Of a stretch of DNA of 64,000 nt, positions 37,050-45,969 are shown in pieces. The translations under genes were made by a program, and so were the position numbers. The number at the start of each line of letters is the position of its first letter. Positions within the stretch are counted from its first letter, which is position 1. This DNA comes from a virus (Duplodnaviria > Caudoviricetes), in the IMG/VR virus record IMGVR_UViG_3300044620_001883, positions 96,001 to 160,000 of that record. One strand, 5' to 3'. Under the pieces are notes generated by a model. It searched no databases, had not been told where the DNA came from, and saw only the letters and a program-made list of their open reading frames with translations.

Positions 37050-37735
37050 GCAAAGTCTCACACATCAAGGTCTCAACAGCTCTTCTAGGTAAGGCACTAA
37101 ATGGAGTCTCGAAGGTCTTGACCCAAACAGGTAAGACGCTCCAGCAAGGCGCTCGCTTCGGGGCAGGAGTCCCGGCAGGTGAAACCTTCGCACCTTCGAT
37201 CGGTACTGCCGCGCGTCGTGTACTGAAGCTCGGTTTTAACCCGCAAGTCAAGGGTTGGTGGAACGTACCGAAGCGGATAGCACAAGGTGCGGGCGTCTAT
37301 GGTCTGGGTGCTAGTGTTGTGCAGGGTCGTGAAGCTGTCAAGGACTTGGCCCTGAATGCCAACCAATTGCTCCCACCGCATGAGAAACTTCAACCGTTGA
37401 AACAGTACACACAGGACCTGGCCGAGTCCCCAATCTGGACCACACTCAGGACAGCCATCATGGGTCTCCCCGAAACAGTTCCAGCTGGGCAGCGTGCGCT
37501 GCTCGGCAACGCTACTTACATTGCTGGTCGGAACGGGGTGGCTGACTGGTGGAACAATCTTGGTCGCGCTCCAGCGGCAACGGGCCCAGGGACTTGGCTT
37601 CGGCACGCCTATGCACCTGCTGTAGCACCTGCTGTCCAGGGTGTCCGAAGTGTACTGCCTAATATCCCACACGCGCCACCTAGCGCCTACGGGGATCTGT
37701 TCCGCTCTGCCCAGCAAGCTGTACGGGAATGGTAG
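37046..37735 (+). CDS. putative virion internal protein with HIKVSTALLGKA leader
   Basis: ATG 37046 overlaps upstream TGA; Gly/Ala-rich amphipathic. Confidence 0.7.
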   Translation: MSKVSHIKVSTALLGKALNGVSKVLTQTGKTLQQGARFGAGVPAGETFAPSIGTAARRVLKLGFNPQVKGWWNVPKRIAQGAGVYGLGASVVQGREAVKDLALNANQLLPPHEKLQPLKQYTQDLAESPIWTTLRTAIMGLPETVPAGQRALLGNATYIAGRNGVADWWNNLGRAPAATGPGTWLRHAYAPAVAPAVQGVRSVLPNIPHAPPSAYGDLFRSAQQAVREW

Positions 37736-37758
37736 AGTACGATGTTGCACGCCAAACA

Positions 37759-37788
37759 TTGACCCGCTCACCATCTCTGCGTAACAGT
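37759..37788 (+). promoter_or_regulatory. sigma70-like promoter, leaderless geometry
   Basis: TTGACC-N18-AACAGT, 7 nt before ATG 37796. Confidence 0.5.
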
Positions 37789-37795
37789 ACTCATC

Positions 37796-38131
37796 ATGGA
37801 CCTACCCCCTTCTGTTCCTTCTGCTACTGATATTGATGCGCAGCATCTTGGTTACCTGGCCGTCGCAATGACGTTCGGGGCGCTCTCGGCTATGGCGGCT
37901 CTCCTGGGATCTGAGAGCCCTCTGACACCGCGCGTCGTGATGGCCTACCTACTTTCAGGCGGCCTCGCTGCTGGTGGTGTCGTATTGGTGCTTGTGGAAC
38001 AATACGGCTTCAATTATTTTCTGTGTGGGATCGGGATCTTCGCGGGCTACAAGGCCTTCGATCTCCTGGCCATGATCAGCATGGCCGTCTCCAGCTTCGT
38101 TAACAAATTCCTCTCCAAAAAAGGCCAATGA
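37796..38131 (+). CDS. holin-like membrane protein (about 3 TM, basic C-terminus)
   Basis: 111 aa, hydrophobic G/A-rich helices, GIGIFAGY, tail KFLSKKGQ; LydA-like layout. Confidence 0.6.
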   Translation: MDLPPSVPSATDIDAQHLGYLAVAMTFGALSAMAALLGSESPLTPRVVMAYLLSGGLAAGGVVLVLVEQYGFNYFLCGIGIFAGYKAFDLLAMISMAVSSFVNKFLSKKGQ

Positions 38132-38733
38132 GCATTCTCGATCGCATGTCAAACCGCCGGCACTCCCTTGCGTCACTGCTTCACGCCACTCTGATATTTG
38201 TGGCACTGGGCGCGGCCATTCTGTTCTTCTACGAACAGCAGCGTTCAGAACATCTCGCGGCGCAGTTCAGAACTGCTGTGCGTGGGGCAGGCGCGGGACA
38301 GTGGTATTGGGACATTGAAAAAAACATCCTCAGATGGGATGACCGCATGTTCGAGTTGTTCCATTGCAGCAAGGCAGGCTGGGAGAACGTGGACGGCATT
38401 TGGGAATGGCGCGGATCTGCGACAGACGAGCCGGCCGCCAAGTTTGTCTCGACTCTGTACAAGGAGGATGTGCCGATGGTTATGGCAGCGTTACAGCGGG
38501 CGATCATGACGCGAAGCTCTTACCAGGCGGTGTTCCGGGTGGTGGGCACGGACGGCATCGTGTACTTCCTGAGAGCAGGTGGAGCGGTCTACGGGGGCGG
38601 CAGATACATGACCGGATTGTGTATACGGTTCTCTGCCGCCGACAAGCCCGGTGAGCTGGATATCAGCCACTGCTTTGAAGCGTGGCAGAACCACATGGCG
38701 CACGCGACTGAACTGGCTGGGTCGGCGCCCTGA
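38128..38733 (+). CDS. membrane-anchored stand-alone PAS-domain protein
   Basis: N-terminal TM helix, then FRTAVRGAGAGQWYWDIEKN.LRWDDRMFELF...LYKEDVP.V.AAL.RA....SYQAVFRVVGTDG.V.FLRA.G...RYMTGLC, the PAS_3 pattern; no output domain. Confidence 0.82.
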   Translation: MSILDRMSNRRHSLASLLHATLIFVALGAAILFFYEQQRSEHLAAQFRTAVRGAGAGQWYWDIEKNILRWDDRMFELFHCSKAGWENVDGIWEWRGSATDEPAAKFVSTLYKEDVPMVMAALQRAIMTRSSYQAVFRVVGTDGIVYFLRAGGAVYGGGRYMTGLCIRFSAADKPGELDISHCFEAWQNHMAHATELAGSAP

Positions 38734-38776
38734 ATTCTGGTTGCGCACACAGGGAGGCATGGTGACCCTATCCAAC

Positions 38777-39049
38777 ATGGAAGCCAGCCAATCACCCACA
38801 TCTCCTGCGATGCACCGCATACCAGTCGGTGGGGCTGAACCTTTCCACTGGGCCCATGGTGGGTGCTGGTGCTTTCCGCTACAGCATTACTGTGAGGAAG
38901 CGCAGGCCACCTACATGCTCCACAACGCGCAGGATTGTCGGGAGGCATTTGAACGGCAGGGGCTCGATGATCCAACCAGACCCTGGGTTGCTGTCCTGGG
39001 TTATGTGGGAACTCCGGTTGACGTACCCAGCACAGTAATGGCAACGTAG
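38777..39049 (+). CDS. small His/Cys metal-binding phage protein
   Basis: H..P....FH...GCWCFP...LHNAQDCRE.FE; TTGCGC-N17-GACCCT lies 7 nt upstream. Confidence 0.6.
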   Translation: MEASQSPTSPAMHRIPVGGAEPFHWAHGGCWCFPLQHYCEEAQATYMLHNAQDCREAFERQGLDDPTRPWVAVLGYVGTPVDVPSTVMAT

Positions 39050-39055
39050 TCGCAT

Positions 39056-40123
39056 ATGAGTCTAGCCCCCTGGTTCCACAAACAAGCTGGCGTTGGTGAG
39101 AGTGCCTTCAAGGCCCCCACTGCGGCGGCAGCCCCAGCGGCTTCAAATCCAGCGACGGCGCCGACGACACCAGCGGCGACACCGGGTGCAAGTAAACCCC
39201 CAGCAGCGACTCCTTTGGGTTCGGCTCCACCTCCGGCACCACAGGCTCCTTTGGGTGCGTTGCCCCCTTTACCCCCTCCCCCATTAGGTGCTGGTGCTCC
39301 ACTTCCTGACCCGTGGGGCGGTGGAACTCCAACCAGCACACCACCGCCGGCGGCACCTGTGGGTTCACTCCCGCCGTCAACCCTGGGAGCTGGAGACTCT
39401 GGAGGTACACCGTCACCTTCATATCCTGCTGCTTTGGGCGACCCAACCAAGACCACAATGCCGCCACCAGCCCCCGCCTTGGGGGGTGACACCTCATCTG
39501 TCCCGCCTGCCGCATCTCCTCCGGCTCCGGGTGGAACACCTCCACCCTCCCAGGTTCCTTCTGGTCACGAGTTTTCCACGATACCGGGCGCCCCAGGACC
39601 GGACGCCAAAACGGCATTTCCAGCAGACAGCCCGGAAGGGATCGCGGAACGAACTCGGCCTGGTGTCCTGCAGGATCGCGGCCTCGTCGCAGGTCCAACA
39701 GCTCCCCAGCAGATGGACCAACAACAGATGGACAACGCTGTTGGGAATTTGACAGCCGGAACTGGCTTCAACGGCAGTGCTACTTCCATGAAACCCGAGG
39801 ACGTGATGGCGCGCGCTACTGCCATCAATGACAAGTACCGGAAAGACAACCCAACGTTTGCAGCAGCCAACCCACATCCGGACGACCCGCGCAACAAGGT
39901 GGCCCACATCCAGGTCAGCACCCATATTCTCAAACGTGCGGCAGCAGTACCTTCCGTGGCTGCCGTGTCCTCCACCAAGCCTCCCGTGGGGCCGGTGATC
40001 CTGAACCCGAAGTTCCTGAGGGCTCTGCCCAAGCAGGCTCCAGCCAAACCCCCGGCGAAGCCAGCCAAGGATCCTGAACCCAAACCGGTTCCTGGTGCGG
40101 TCAAGAAAGCAGCTTGGTATTGA
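39056..40123 (+). CDS. Pro/Ala-rich low-complexity putative virion protein
   Basis: Leader MSLAPWFHKQA; long PAPP/GAPP tract; internal HIQVSTHILKRA; TTGACG-N18-CAACGT upstream. Confidence 0.75.
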   Translation: MSLAPWFHKQAGVGESAFKAPTAAAAPAASNPATAPTTPAATPGASKPPAATPLGSAPPPAPQAPLGALPPLPPPPLGAGAPLPDPWGGGTPTSTPPPAAPVGSLPPSTLGAGDSGGTPSPSYPAALGDPTKTTMPPPAPALGGDTSSVPPAASPPAPGGTPPPSQVPSGHEFSTIPGAPGPDAKTAFPADSPEGIAERTRPGVLQDRGLVAGPTAPQQMDQQQMDNAVGNLTAGTGFNGSATSMKPEDVMARATAINDKYRKDNPTFAAANPHPDDPRNKVAHIQVSTHILKRAAAVPSVAAVSSTKPPVGPVILNPKFLRALPKQAPAKPPAKPAKDPEPKPVPGAVKKAAWY

Positions 40124-40153
40124 CTAGTACTCGCAGGGCCGGGACATTCCAGT

Positions 40154-40474
40154 ATGCCTGACGCCTCCAAACCTCCCAGCTGGATTGCCATGATCGGTGG
40201 CACGGTCATGGGGTTGTTAACCGGCAGCCTGACCATGTACACGTGGTTGGAGCACCGTATCGAGAGTAGGGTCGAAGCAAAGGTCATGATCGAAGTCAGG
40301 ATCTCGGCTATTGAGGCTGCCCTGAAGACCAACAAGGATGCAGCCTGGCTCGCGGATGAGAACCTCGTGAAGCGACTCGATATCCAGCAGGAGCGAATTA
40401 CACAACTGGTCAGCAAGATCGATGGACTGCACGTGACCGTCACACCAAGCGCAAGTTCAACTACACCCCCATGA
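40154..40474 (+). CDS. TM plus coiled-coil protein (possible i-spanin / lysis accessory)
   Basis: One N-terminal TM then heptad-rich helix; TTGACT-N17-GACATT upstream. Confidence 0.5.
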   Translation: MPDASKPPSWIAMIGGTVMGLLTGSLTMYTWLEHRIESRVEAKVMIEVRISAIEAALKTNKDAAWLADENLVKRLDIQQERITQLVSKIDGLHVTVTPSASSTTPP

Positions 40475-41088
40475 TGTACAAACAGGCAGGACCAGTACAG
40501 TTGCTTGGCAAGTTGCTTGGGCGTGCAGCGCCTGCCGCGAAGGGGTTGGGGTCCTTCGAACGCTACCCTGCCTTGATGGCTGCGCGCCGCAAGACGATCG
40601 TGATCCCCAATGCTCGCGCCAGCTCGTTTCCAGGTCCTGACACTTGGGGCCAGTACCGTCCCAAGGATGACCTACTGCTAGTGCGCGGTGGGCTTTCGCC
40701 GACTGTAGCACGACAATCACTGCGGCACGAGCTTACCCACATGGCCCAAATCAAGGCACCACACACCTGGCTGGACAGAACTGTGCAGGCCGGCATATCT
40801 CAGCCGGGTAATAGCTTCAAGTCAGGCCTACGCAGCATCCTGGCTGAGTTCGGTGCCCGCACTGGAGAGACCAAAGGCCTGATGGCTCCTGTCAGAGGAG
40901 CATTGAAGTTGTGGGAGACCGCACCGTCCTATGCACGAGACTTCAAACGGTTGGGTGCCCGCGCGGCGGCCCTGCCGTACCAACTCCTGACTGCAGCCCC
41001 TATTGTCGGCGGACTGGCAACGGCAGGTGGTTTGGGTCTAAAGCTCAAGAGCCTGACGGACCAGCTCAACCAACCTAAGACACGATGA
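40471..41088 (+). CDS. zincin-like (HExxH) protein with KQA leader
   Basis: MMYKQA|G leader; GQYRPKDD.L.VR...LRHELTHMAQ (His codon 40726); C-terminal glycine zipper. Confidence 0.7.
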   Translation: MMYKQAGPVQLLGKLLGRAAPAAKGLGSFERYPALMAARRKTIVIPNARASSFPGPDTWGQYRPKDDLLLVRGGLSPTVARQSLRHELTHMAQIKAPHTWLDRTVQAGISQPGNSFKSGLRSILAEFGARTGETKGLMAPVRGALKLWETAPSYARDFKRLGARAAALPYQLLTAAPIVGGLATAGGLGLKLKSLTDQLNQPKTR

Positions 41089-41163
41089 AGCCAGAGGCAA
41101 AAACACTTCCGCACGGTTTCTGACAAAACTTGCAGAGTGTCCCGCTTGTTGCGACAGTTGAGG

Positions 41164-41781
41164 ATGGCAACGCCGTTTCAACTTCTCTCTCACGTCAAAC
41201 GCGCAGGCGCGACCCCTCCCCCACCGGAAGGTAAACAGTACGACCTGCCCGTTCCGATCCCTCCAACATCCAAGACGGACAAAACCGTAGCAGCCTTGCC
41301 GCCTGGTAAGCAGTACGCGTTGCCGGTTCCGCCAACCCCGCAAGCCCCTACGCTTGCATCACCCATCCTGACACGCTCAGGACAACCAGCTCCGGCAGGT
41401 TGGGCACCTCCCAAACAGGAACTCCCACCCGTGCCGGTTCCTGCGGAGGTGCGGCAGGGTCTACCATCATTCGGGCAGTGGTTACAGTCGCGCGCGGTCG
41501 ATCTGTCAACAATGTTGGTCCCGTACCAAGCGCAGATCAATCAGGTCTTCGGACACAAGCAAGCTTCCCACATCCGCGTCAGCTCGTACTTGCTCAAGCG
41601 CGCGACCCTCGGAGCAGCAAAGTCCGTAGCTGGACAGCAGCCGGGACTCGGAGGGCATTTGAAGCAAGCGCCTAAGATGTTCCAACCACCCGCTGCACCG
41701 ACCGCTGTGCAGCCGACCCAGCCAACAGCGCCTGACTTCAAGATCAAAGCTCCTGCCGGGATCGCGGCAGCACGAGGCTAA
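41164..41781 (+). CDS. Pro-rich putative virion protein
   Basis: Start placed at ATG 41164 (TTGCAG-N17-GACAGT upstream); leader ...HVKRA|G; duplicated GKQY.LPVP; internal HKQASHIRVSSYLLKRA. Confidence 0.7.
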   Translation: MATPFQLLSHVKRAGATPPPPEGKQYDLPVPIPPTSKTDKTVAALPPGKQYALPVPPTPQAPTLASPILTRSGQPAPAGWAPPKQELPPVPVPAEVRQGLPSFGQWLQSRAVDLSTMLVPYQAQINQVFGHKQASHIRVSSYLLKRATLGAAKSVAGQQPGLGGHLKQAPKMFQPPAAPTAVQPTQPTAPDFKIKAPAGIAAARG

Positions 41782-41784
41782 TTT

Positions 41785-42792
41785 ATGAAACCGACGCACA
41801 TCCAAGTCAGTTCATACATGGTGAAGCAGGGATTGGCTAGGTGGCGTACTGCAAAGGCGTTGGCGGCTTTCATGCGCCGCCCACCAACACCGGCAATAAC
41901 GTCTAATATACATCCACCCAAGTGGGGAGATCCGACCCGCCTGACTCAGCTGCAAATAGCCAAGTCACATATGAGCTCGAACCCTTACGCACCAGCGCAA
42001 GAGATGTCAGGGCTGCTGAAGCAGGTAAACAAATTGGACGACGTGACACCGCTAGAGACACTCGGCGCAAACATGCTTCAGAATAAGCAAACTCCGGGTT
42101 CACTGTTTCGTGGAATGAGAACCTTAACTCCCAACATTGAAGCAGGTAGCTGGGTCCATGGAACTCCGTCCCCTGCTCTGGCCGCCAAGTACGGACCGAA
42201 TCGTTCAGCTCCCGCGTTGGTTGCTGAATACCAGGCAAGCCCACTTAATCGCTACAGCGCTGACTTTTTACAGGACATGGACGTCACCAAGCAAATGGGG
42301 CGTACTTGGGACAGTGTTGTTTCCGCGCTGCGTCAACCACCGAATTTGCGTGGCGATGCATTCGGCTTAGCCCGCACGAACAAGAATTTATGGGCGCGCC
42401 ACCAACTCAAGCTAGCTGACCCAAGAGAGTTGGTGACCGGCAAGGGACTGGAGCCGGCTGACAGCTGGGTACCTTGGTATGAGACCAAACTACAATCGGG
42501 TATCAACAATTTCCGCAATTGGGCATTTGTACATGACGGTAAACTGCTTCGCGTACCGGCAAATAAACAATGGCAGCACATACTGCGTAATATCACGTCC
42601 CCTGTGTACAAGGGATCGTGGGCCTCACGTATCCCGCAGGGGATGGAGCAGTTTATGGGGCGGCAGGGTTTTGAGTCAAGATTAGGTAGTGAATGGTTTA
42701 GAATTCAGGAGTACTTGCGTGGTGGGGTGGAAAAATTGAAACAGTTGTTACCCGCCCGTACGCCCCATGGCGCTGCTGCTCCCATGAAGTAA
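41785..42792 (+). CDS. putative virion protein with possible ADP-ribosyltransferase-like domain
   Basis: Leader HIQVSSYMVKQG; LFRGM...WVHGTPSPALAAKYG...LVAEY resembles ART strand-1 R and strand-2 S/T..A..Y motifs. Confidence 0.5.
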   Translation: MKPTHIQVSSYMVKQGLARWRTAKALAAFMRRPPTPAITSNIHPPKWGDPTRLTQLQIAKSHMSSNPYAPAQEMSGLLKQVNKLDDVTPLETLGANMLQNKQTPGSLFRGMRTLTPNIEAGSWVHGTPSPALAAKYGPNRSAPALVAEYQASPLNRYSADFLQDMDVTKQMGRTWDSVVSALRQPPNLRGDAFGLARTNKNLWARHQLKLADPRELVTGKGLEPADSWVPWYETKLQSGINNFRNWAFVHDGKLLRVPANKQWQHILRNITSPVYKGSWASRIPQGMEQFMGRQGFESRLGSEWFRIQEYLRGGVEKLKQLLPARTPHGAAAPMK

Positions 42793-42794
42793 AC

Positions 42795-42823
42795 TTGCTC
42801 CCCGGTCACGTCCATGCCACACT
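42795..42823 (+). promoter_or_regulatory. sigma70-like promoter, leaderless geometry
   Basis: TTGCTC-N17-CACACT, 5 nt before ATG 42829. Confidence 0.5.
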
Positions 42824-42828
42824 AGGGT

Positions 42829-45800
42829 ATGGCCGACAAGACTAGACCAGATGTAATCGCCTTTGACCTTGATGGAACACTGGCCCTACGCCAGGAGCCC
42901 TTCAATCCGTACTCGGTAGGGGAACCCGTGGAGGCAATCTTGGACCTGGCCCTGAAGGCCATCCGGGATGGGAAGCGCACCTTGTGCTTCACGGCCCGCG
43001 CCAGTTCCAAGGATCCCAAGATGCACAGCACGGTGCGGAAGTGGCTCGATGATCACGGGTTAGAGAAGATGAAGATCACGAACATCAAGGATCCAACGAT
43101 AACCCGCTTCTACGATGACCGGGCCATCGGGGTCGTGCCAGACAAGGGCGAGCTTCTGACCAAGGTCGCGGCCGAGATGGTTCGGAAGACCAGGATGGTG
43201 GAAGTTCAGGATGACCACTGCCCACACTGTGACCACAAGTTTACCGAGAAGGGCTACCCGCGTCCTGACTTCGAACAGGCCGAGCGGGAAGGCATTGAGC
43301 CCATGGACGCTGACCAGCTGTGTCCCAACTGCCAAGGGATCGTGGATGACCCGGAGATGTCCGACGAGAGAATTGAGAACTACCAGGGCTTCGGCGGGGA
43401 ATCCATGAAGGAGATCCTGTACCAGCAGCGGGAGAAGAAGCGGGCTATCCTGGCTGCACGGCGGGCCAAGAAGGCCTCCACCTCGCCGGAGAACGTTTCC
43501 GTTCCAGGGCGAGGAGAGGAGAAGCAGGCCGCCGGGGACAAGCTCCGGAACCTGTGGGTACGTCGGGGTCAATGTCCCGAATGCGGTGGCAAGCCCAAGG
43601 ACTTCGAGTTCTTCAAGACCCACTCGAACGCGGAGTGTCGTGACTGCGGTCACAGCTTCGATGTCGATGCTGAACGTAAGAAGCAGGCTTCCTGGGACCA
43701 AGCCCAAGAGAAGTCCGCCTCAGTACAGATCGCAGGCCGTACTGGCCCGCATGGAATCCTGGAAGCCCTCAAGGCCCTGAACCTCGATGACCTCGAGAAG
43801 CAAGCCCGTGCTGACATTGCCTCCGGGAAGATCACCAAGCGTGACCGTGGGGTCAAGATGCTCAATGCCCTCGAAGGACTGCGCCGCAATGAGATCAAGC
43901 CCGAGGAGCTGATGATCAAGCGGGTGCCAGTGCTGCCACCGGCCTTCAGGCCCTTCTCGTTCCTGGGCACCACCTACATTCCCGGTGATGCCAACGAGCT
44001 CTACCAGGACCTCTTCAAGCACCGCGCCATCCATGACGAGACGCTCTCGACCCTGGGGGAAGGCGGCGCAGCCCTGACGCGCATGAATCTCCTGAATGCC
44101 ACGAGGGCCCTGTACGGTTACGGAGACCCCGTGTCCCCGAAGCTCAAGGAGCGTGGACCCTCGGGCTACTTGGACCAGATCCTCAACGAAGGGCCAAAGC
44201 ACTGCTACTCTGCAGACACAGAAATCCTGACGCGGGGTCAAGGGTGGGTGAAGTTCTCTGAACTGGAGCGTGGGGCGCAGGTGGCCACCATAAATCCCAA
44301 GACCCTGGCATTCGAATGGCAGACCCCTACGGAGTACATCGATTCAGAATACAGCGGTACCATGAAGCGGTTCGTAGTTGGTGGGCGTACAGGCAAGCGC
44401 ATGGACCTTTTGGTCACACCCAATCACCGGATGTGGACCAAAAAGCGCGACAAGAAGAATAAGATGACGGACGACAATTTGCGCACTGGTTGGTATGCGA
44501 TGCGGGCCGACGAGTTGGTCGCGCACAAAGTACGTCACTTCGCTATGGTGGGCGCAGGTGGTTGGGAGGGCTCGGTCGAACTGCCAGAGTGTGCACGCCA
44601 CTGGCCCGCTGAACTGTTTGCACGTTTTATCGGTTGGTACATTTCAGAAGGAAGCACACACGAATGTGGTACGATCGCTACAATCTGGCAGACCGAAGCA
44701 AACCCCGATTACTGCTTGGAACTAGACGCTTTGTTCCGAGACATCAGCAATGTACAAGAGGTGTCCAAAGTGAACATGCACCGGGAGGAGCCTCGCTTCA
44801 GCGGTTACGGTTGGAGCATCAAGGGATGTAGACCGTTGGTTGCATGGTTGGAACAGCATTGCGGCAAAGGTTCCAATTTCAAGCGCATACCTGCTCTAGC
44901 ACGTGATTGGAATCAGACCCTGTTGGGGTTGCTGTTCGACACCTACCTGAAGGGGGATGGCGCTAAGCGCGTTCCATGGCAGAAGCGTGCAAACGCGTCC
45001 GACAACTACCGGTTCCGTGATGCTCTTACAGATTCACATCATGCTTTCATTACCACAAGTCCAAAGCTGTTCGATGACCTGATGGAAGTAGGCTTCAAAC
45101 TTGGTATTTGTATCCGCCGTAGAAAAGAGCACCCGCATCTGTATCCAGAGCACCATGCTGAGAAGTACAATGGTGTGCTCATTGGGCGCTGGTTCGTTCA
45201 AACCGAGTCGAACGGGACAGTTCAGGATGTGCAGTACAACGGTCACATTTATTGTGTCGCTGTACCTAACGGGCTGCTTGTGGTGCGCCGCAACGGTGCC
45301 GCCGTCGTCAGTGGTAACTCCTTCGTTCAACGCCGGCTCCTTTCCAAGCCCATCGACAACGTGGGCCGCAGTGTCATCACGGTCGATCCAGACCTGGGCC
45401 TCGATGAAGTCTCGATCCCCCGTGAGATGGCCTGGACGCTCGCCGGTTCCAAGGTACAGCGGCGGCTGGCCATGATGGGCATGAGTCCCGCCCAGACCAT
45501 CAAAGCCGTGAAGGACCGTGACGCCTTTGCCAGCCGCACCCTGGAGCTTGAGCTGAAGGACACACCCTTCATCCTTTCCCGCGCTCCAGCCTGGCACAAG
45601 TTCAACGCCGTCGGGCAGTATGCCCGGATCCACGACGGTCCGCACATTGCCATCAACCCCTATATCACGGCCGGTCAGAACGCCGACTTCGACGGGGACC
45701 AGATCAACGTCTCCCTGCCGGTCCTGCCAGAATCCATCAAGGAGACCAAGGAGAAGTTGATGGCCAGCAAGATGCTGTTCTCCATCAAGAACCAGGACGA

Positions 45801-45960
45801 CGTGGTCCCGGTGCCTAAGCATGAGCAAATTTTAGGCATCTGGAATGCCAACAAACGTCCGCCTACGAAGCTGCACAGCTTCGCTTCAGGACAGGAAGCG
45901 CTTGCGGGTATGCAGAGCGGCGCTGTAAAGTTGGAGGACGACATTGAAATTCCGGACTAG
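42829..45960 (+). CDS. rpoC: multisubunit RNA polymerase beta' N-terminal/catalytic half with N-terminal HAD and two Zn-ribbon modules, intein-containing
   Basis: VPVLPPAFRP, DANELY, RRLLSKPIDNVGRSVITVDP, RAPAWHK, catalytic NADFDGD (45679-45699); ends at KLEDDIEIPD; N-terminal AFDLDGTLA...FYDDRA (HAD); CPHC..CPNC and CPECG..CRDCG. Confidence 0.93.
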   Translation: MADKTRPDVIAFDLDGTLALRQEPFNPYSVGEPVEAILDLALKAIRDGKRTLCFTARASSKDPKMHSTVRKWLDDHGLEKMKITNIKDPTITRFYDDRAIGVVPDKGELLTKVAAEMVRKTRMVEVQDDHCPHCDHKFTEKGYPRPDFEQAEREGIEPMDADQLCPNCQGIVDDPEMSDERIENYQGFGGESMKEILYQQREKKRAILAARRAKKASTSPENVSVPGRGEEKQAAGDKLRNLWVRRGQCPECGGKPKDFEFFKTHSNAECRDCGHSFDVDAERKKQASWDQAQEKSASVQIAGRTGPHGILEALKALNLDDLEKQARADIASGKITKRDRGVKMLNALEGLRRNEIKPEELMIKRVPVLPPAFRPFSFLGTTYIPGDANELYQDLFKHRAIHDETLSTLGEGGAALTRMNLLNATRALYGYGDPVSPKLKERGPSGYLDQILNEGPKHCYSADTEILTRGQGWVKFSELERGAQVATINPKTLAFEWQTPTEYIDSEYSGTMKRFVVGGRTGKRMDLLVTPNHRMWTKKRDKKNKMTDDNLRTGWYAMRADELVAHKVRHFAMVGAGGWEGSVELPECARHWPAELFARFIGWYISEGSTHECGTIATIWQTEANPDYCLELDALFRDISNVQEVSKVNMHREEPRFSGYGWSIKGCRPLVAWLEQHCGKGSNFKRIPALARDWNQTLLGLLFDTYLKGDGAKRVPWQKRANASDNYRFRDALTDSHHAFITTSPKLFDDLMEVGFKLGICIRRRKEHPHLYPEHHAEKYNGVLIGRWFVQTESNGTVQDVQYNGHIYCVAVPNGLLVVRRNGAAVVSGNSFVQRRLLSKPIDNVGRSVITVDPDLGLDEVSIPREMAWTLAGSKVQRRLAMMGMSPAQTIKAVKDRDAFASRTLELELKDTPFILSRAPAWHKFNAVGQYARIHDGPHIAINPYITAGQNADFDGDQINVSLPVLPESIKETKEKLMASKMLFSIKNQDDVVPVPKHEQILGIWNANKRPPTKLHSFASGQEALAGMQSGAVKLEDDIEIPD
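44203..45318 (+). mobile_element. intein (372 aa) with LAGLIDADG homing endonuclease
   Basis: Starts CYSADTEIL, block B LLVTPNHRMW, ARFIGWYISEGS and DTYLKGDG, ends YCVAVPNG.LVVRRNG..VVSGN then Ser+1; removal restores GPKH-SFVQRRLLSK. Confidence 0.93.
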
Positions 45961-45969
45961 CCTGACCCC

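Noticed and set aside
42829-45960. Bacterial chromosomal rpoBC locus
   Set aside because: No rpoB or ribosomal-protein neighbours; beta' is split, N-terminally replaced and surrounded by phage genes.
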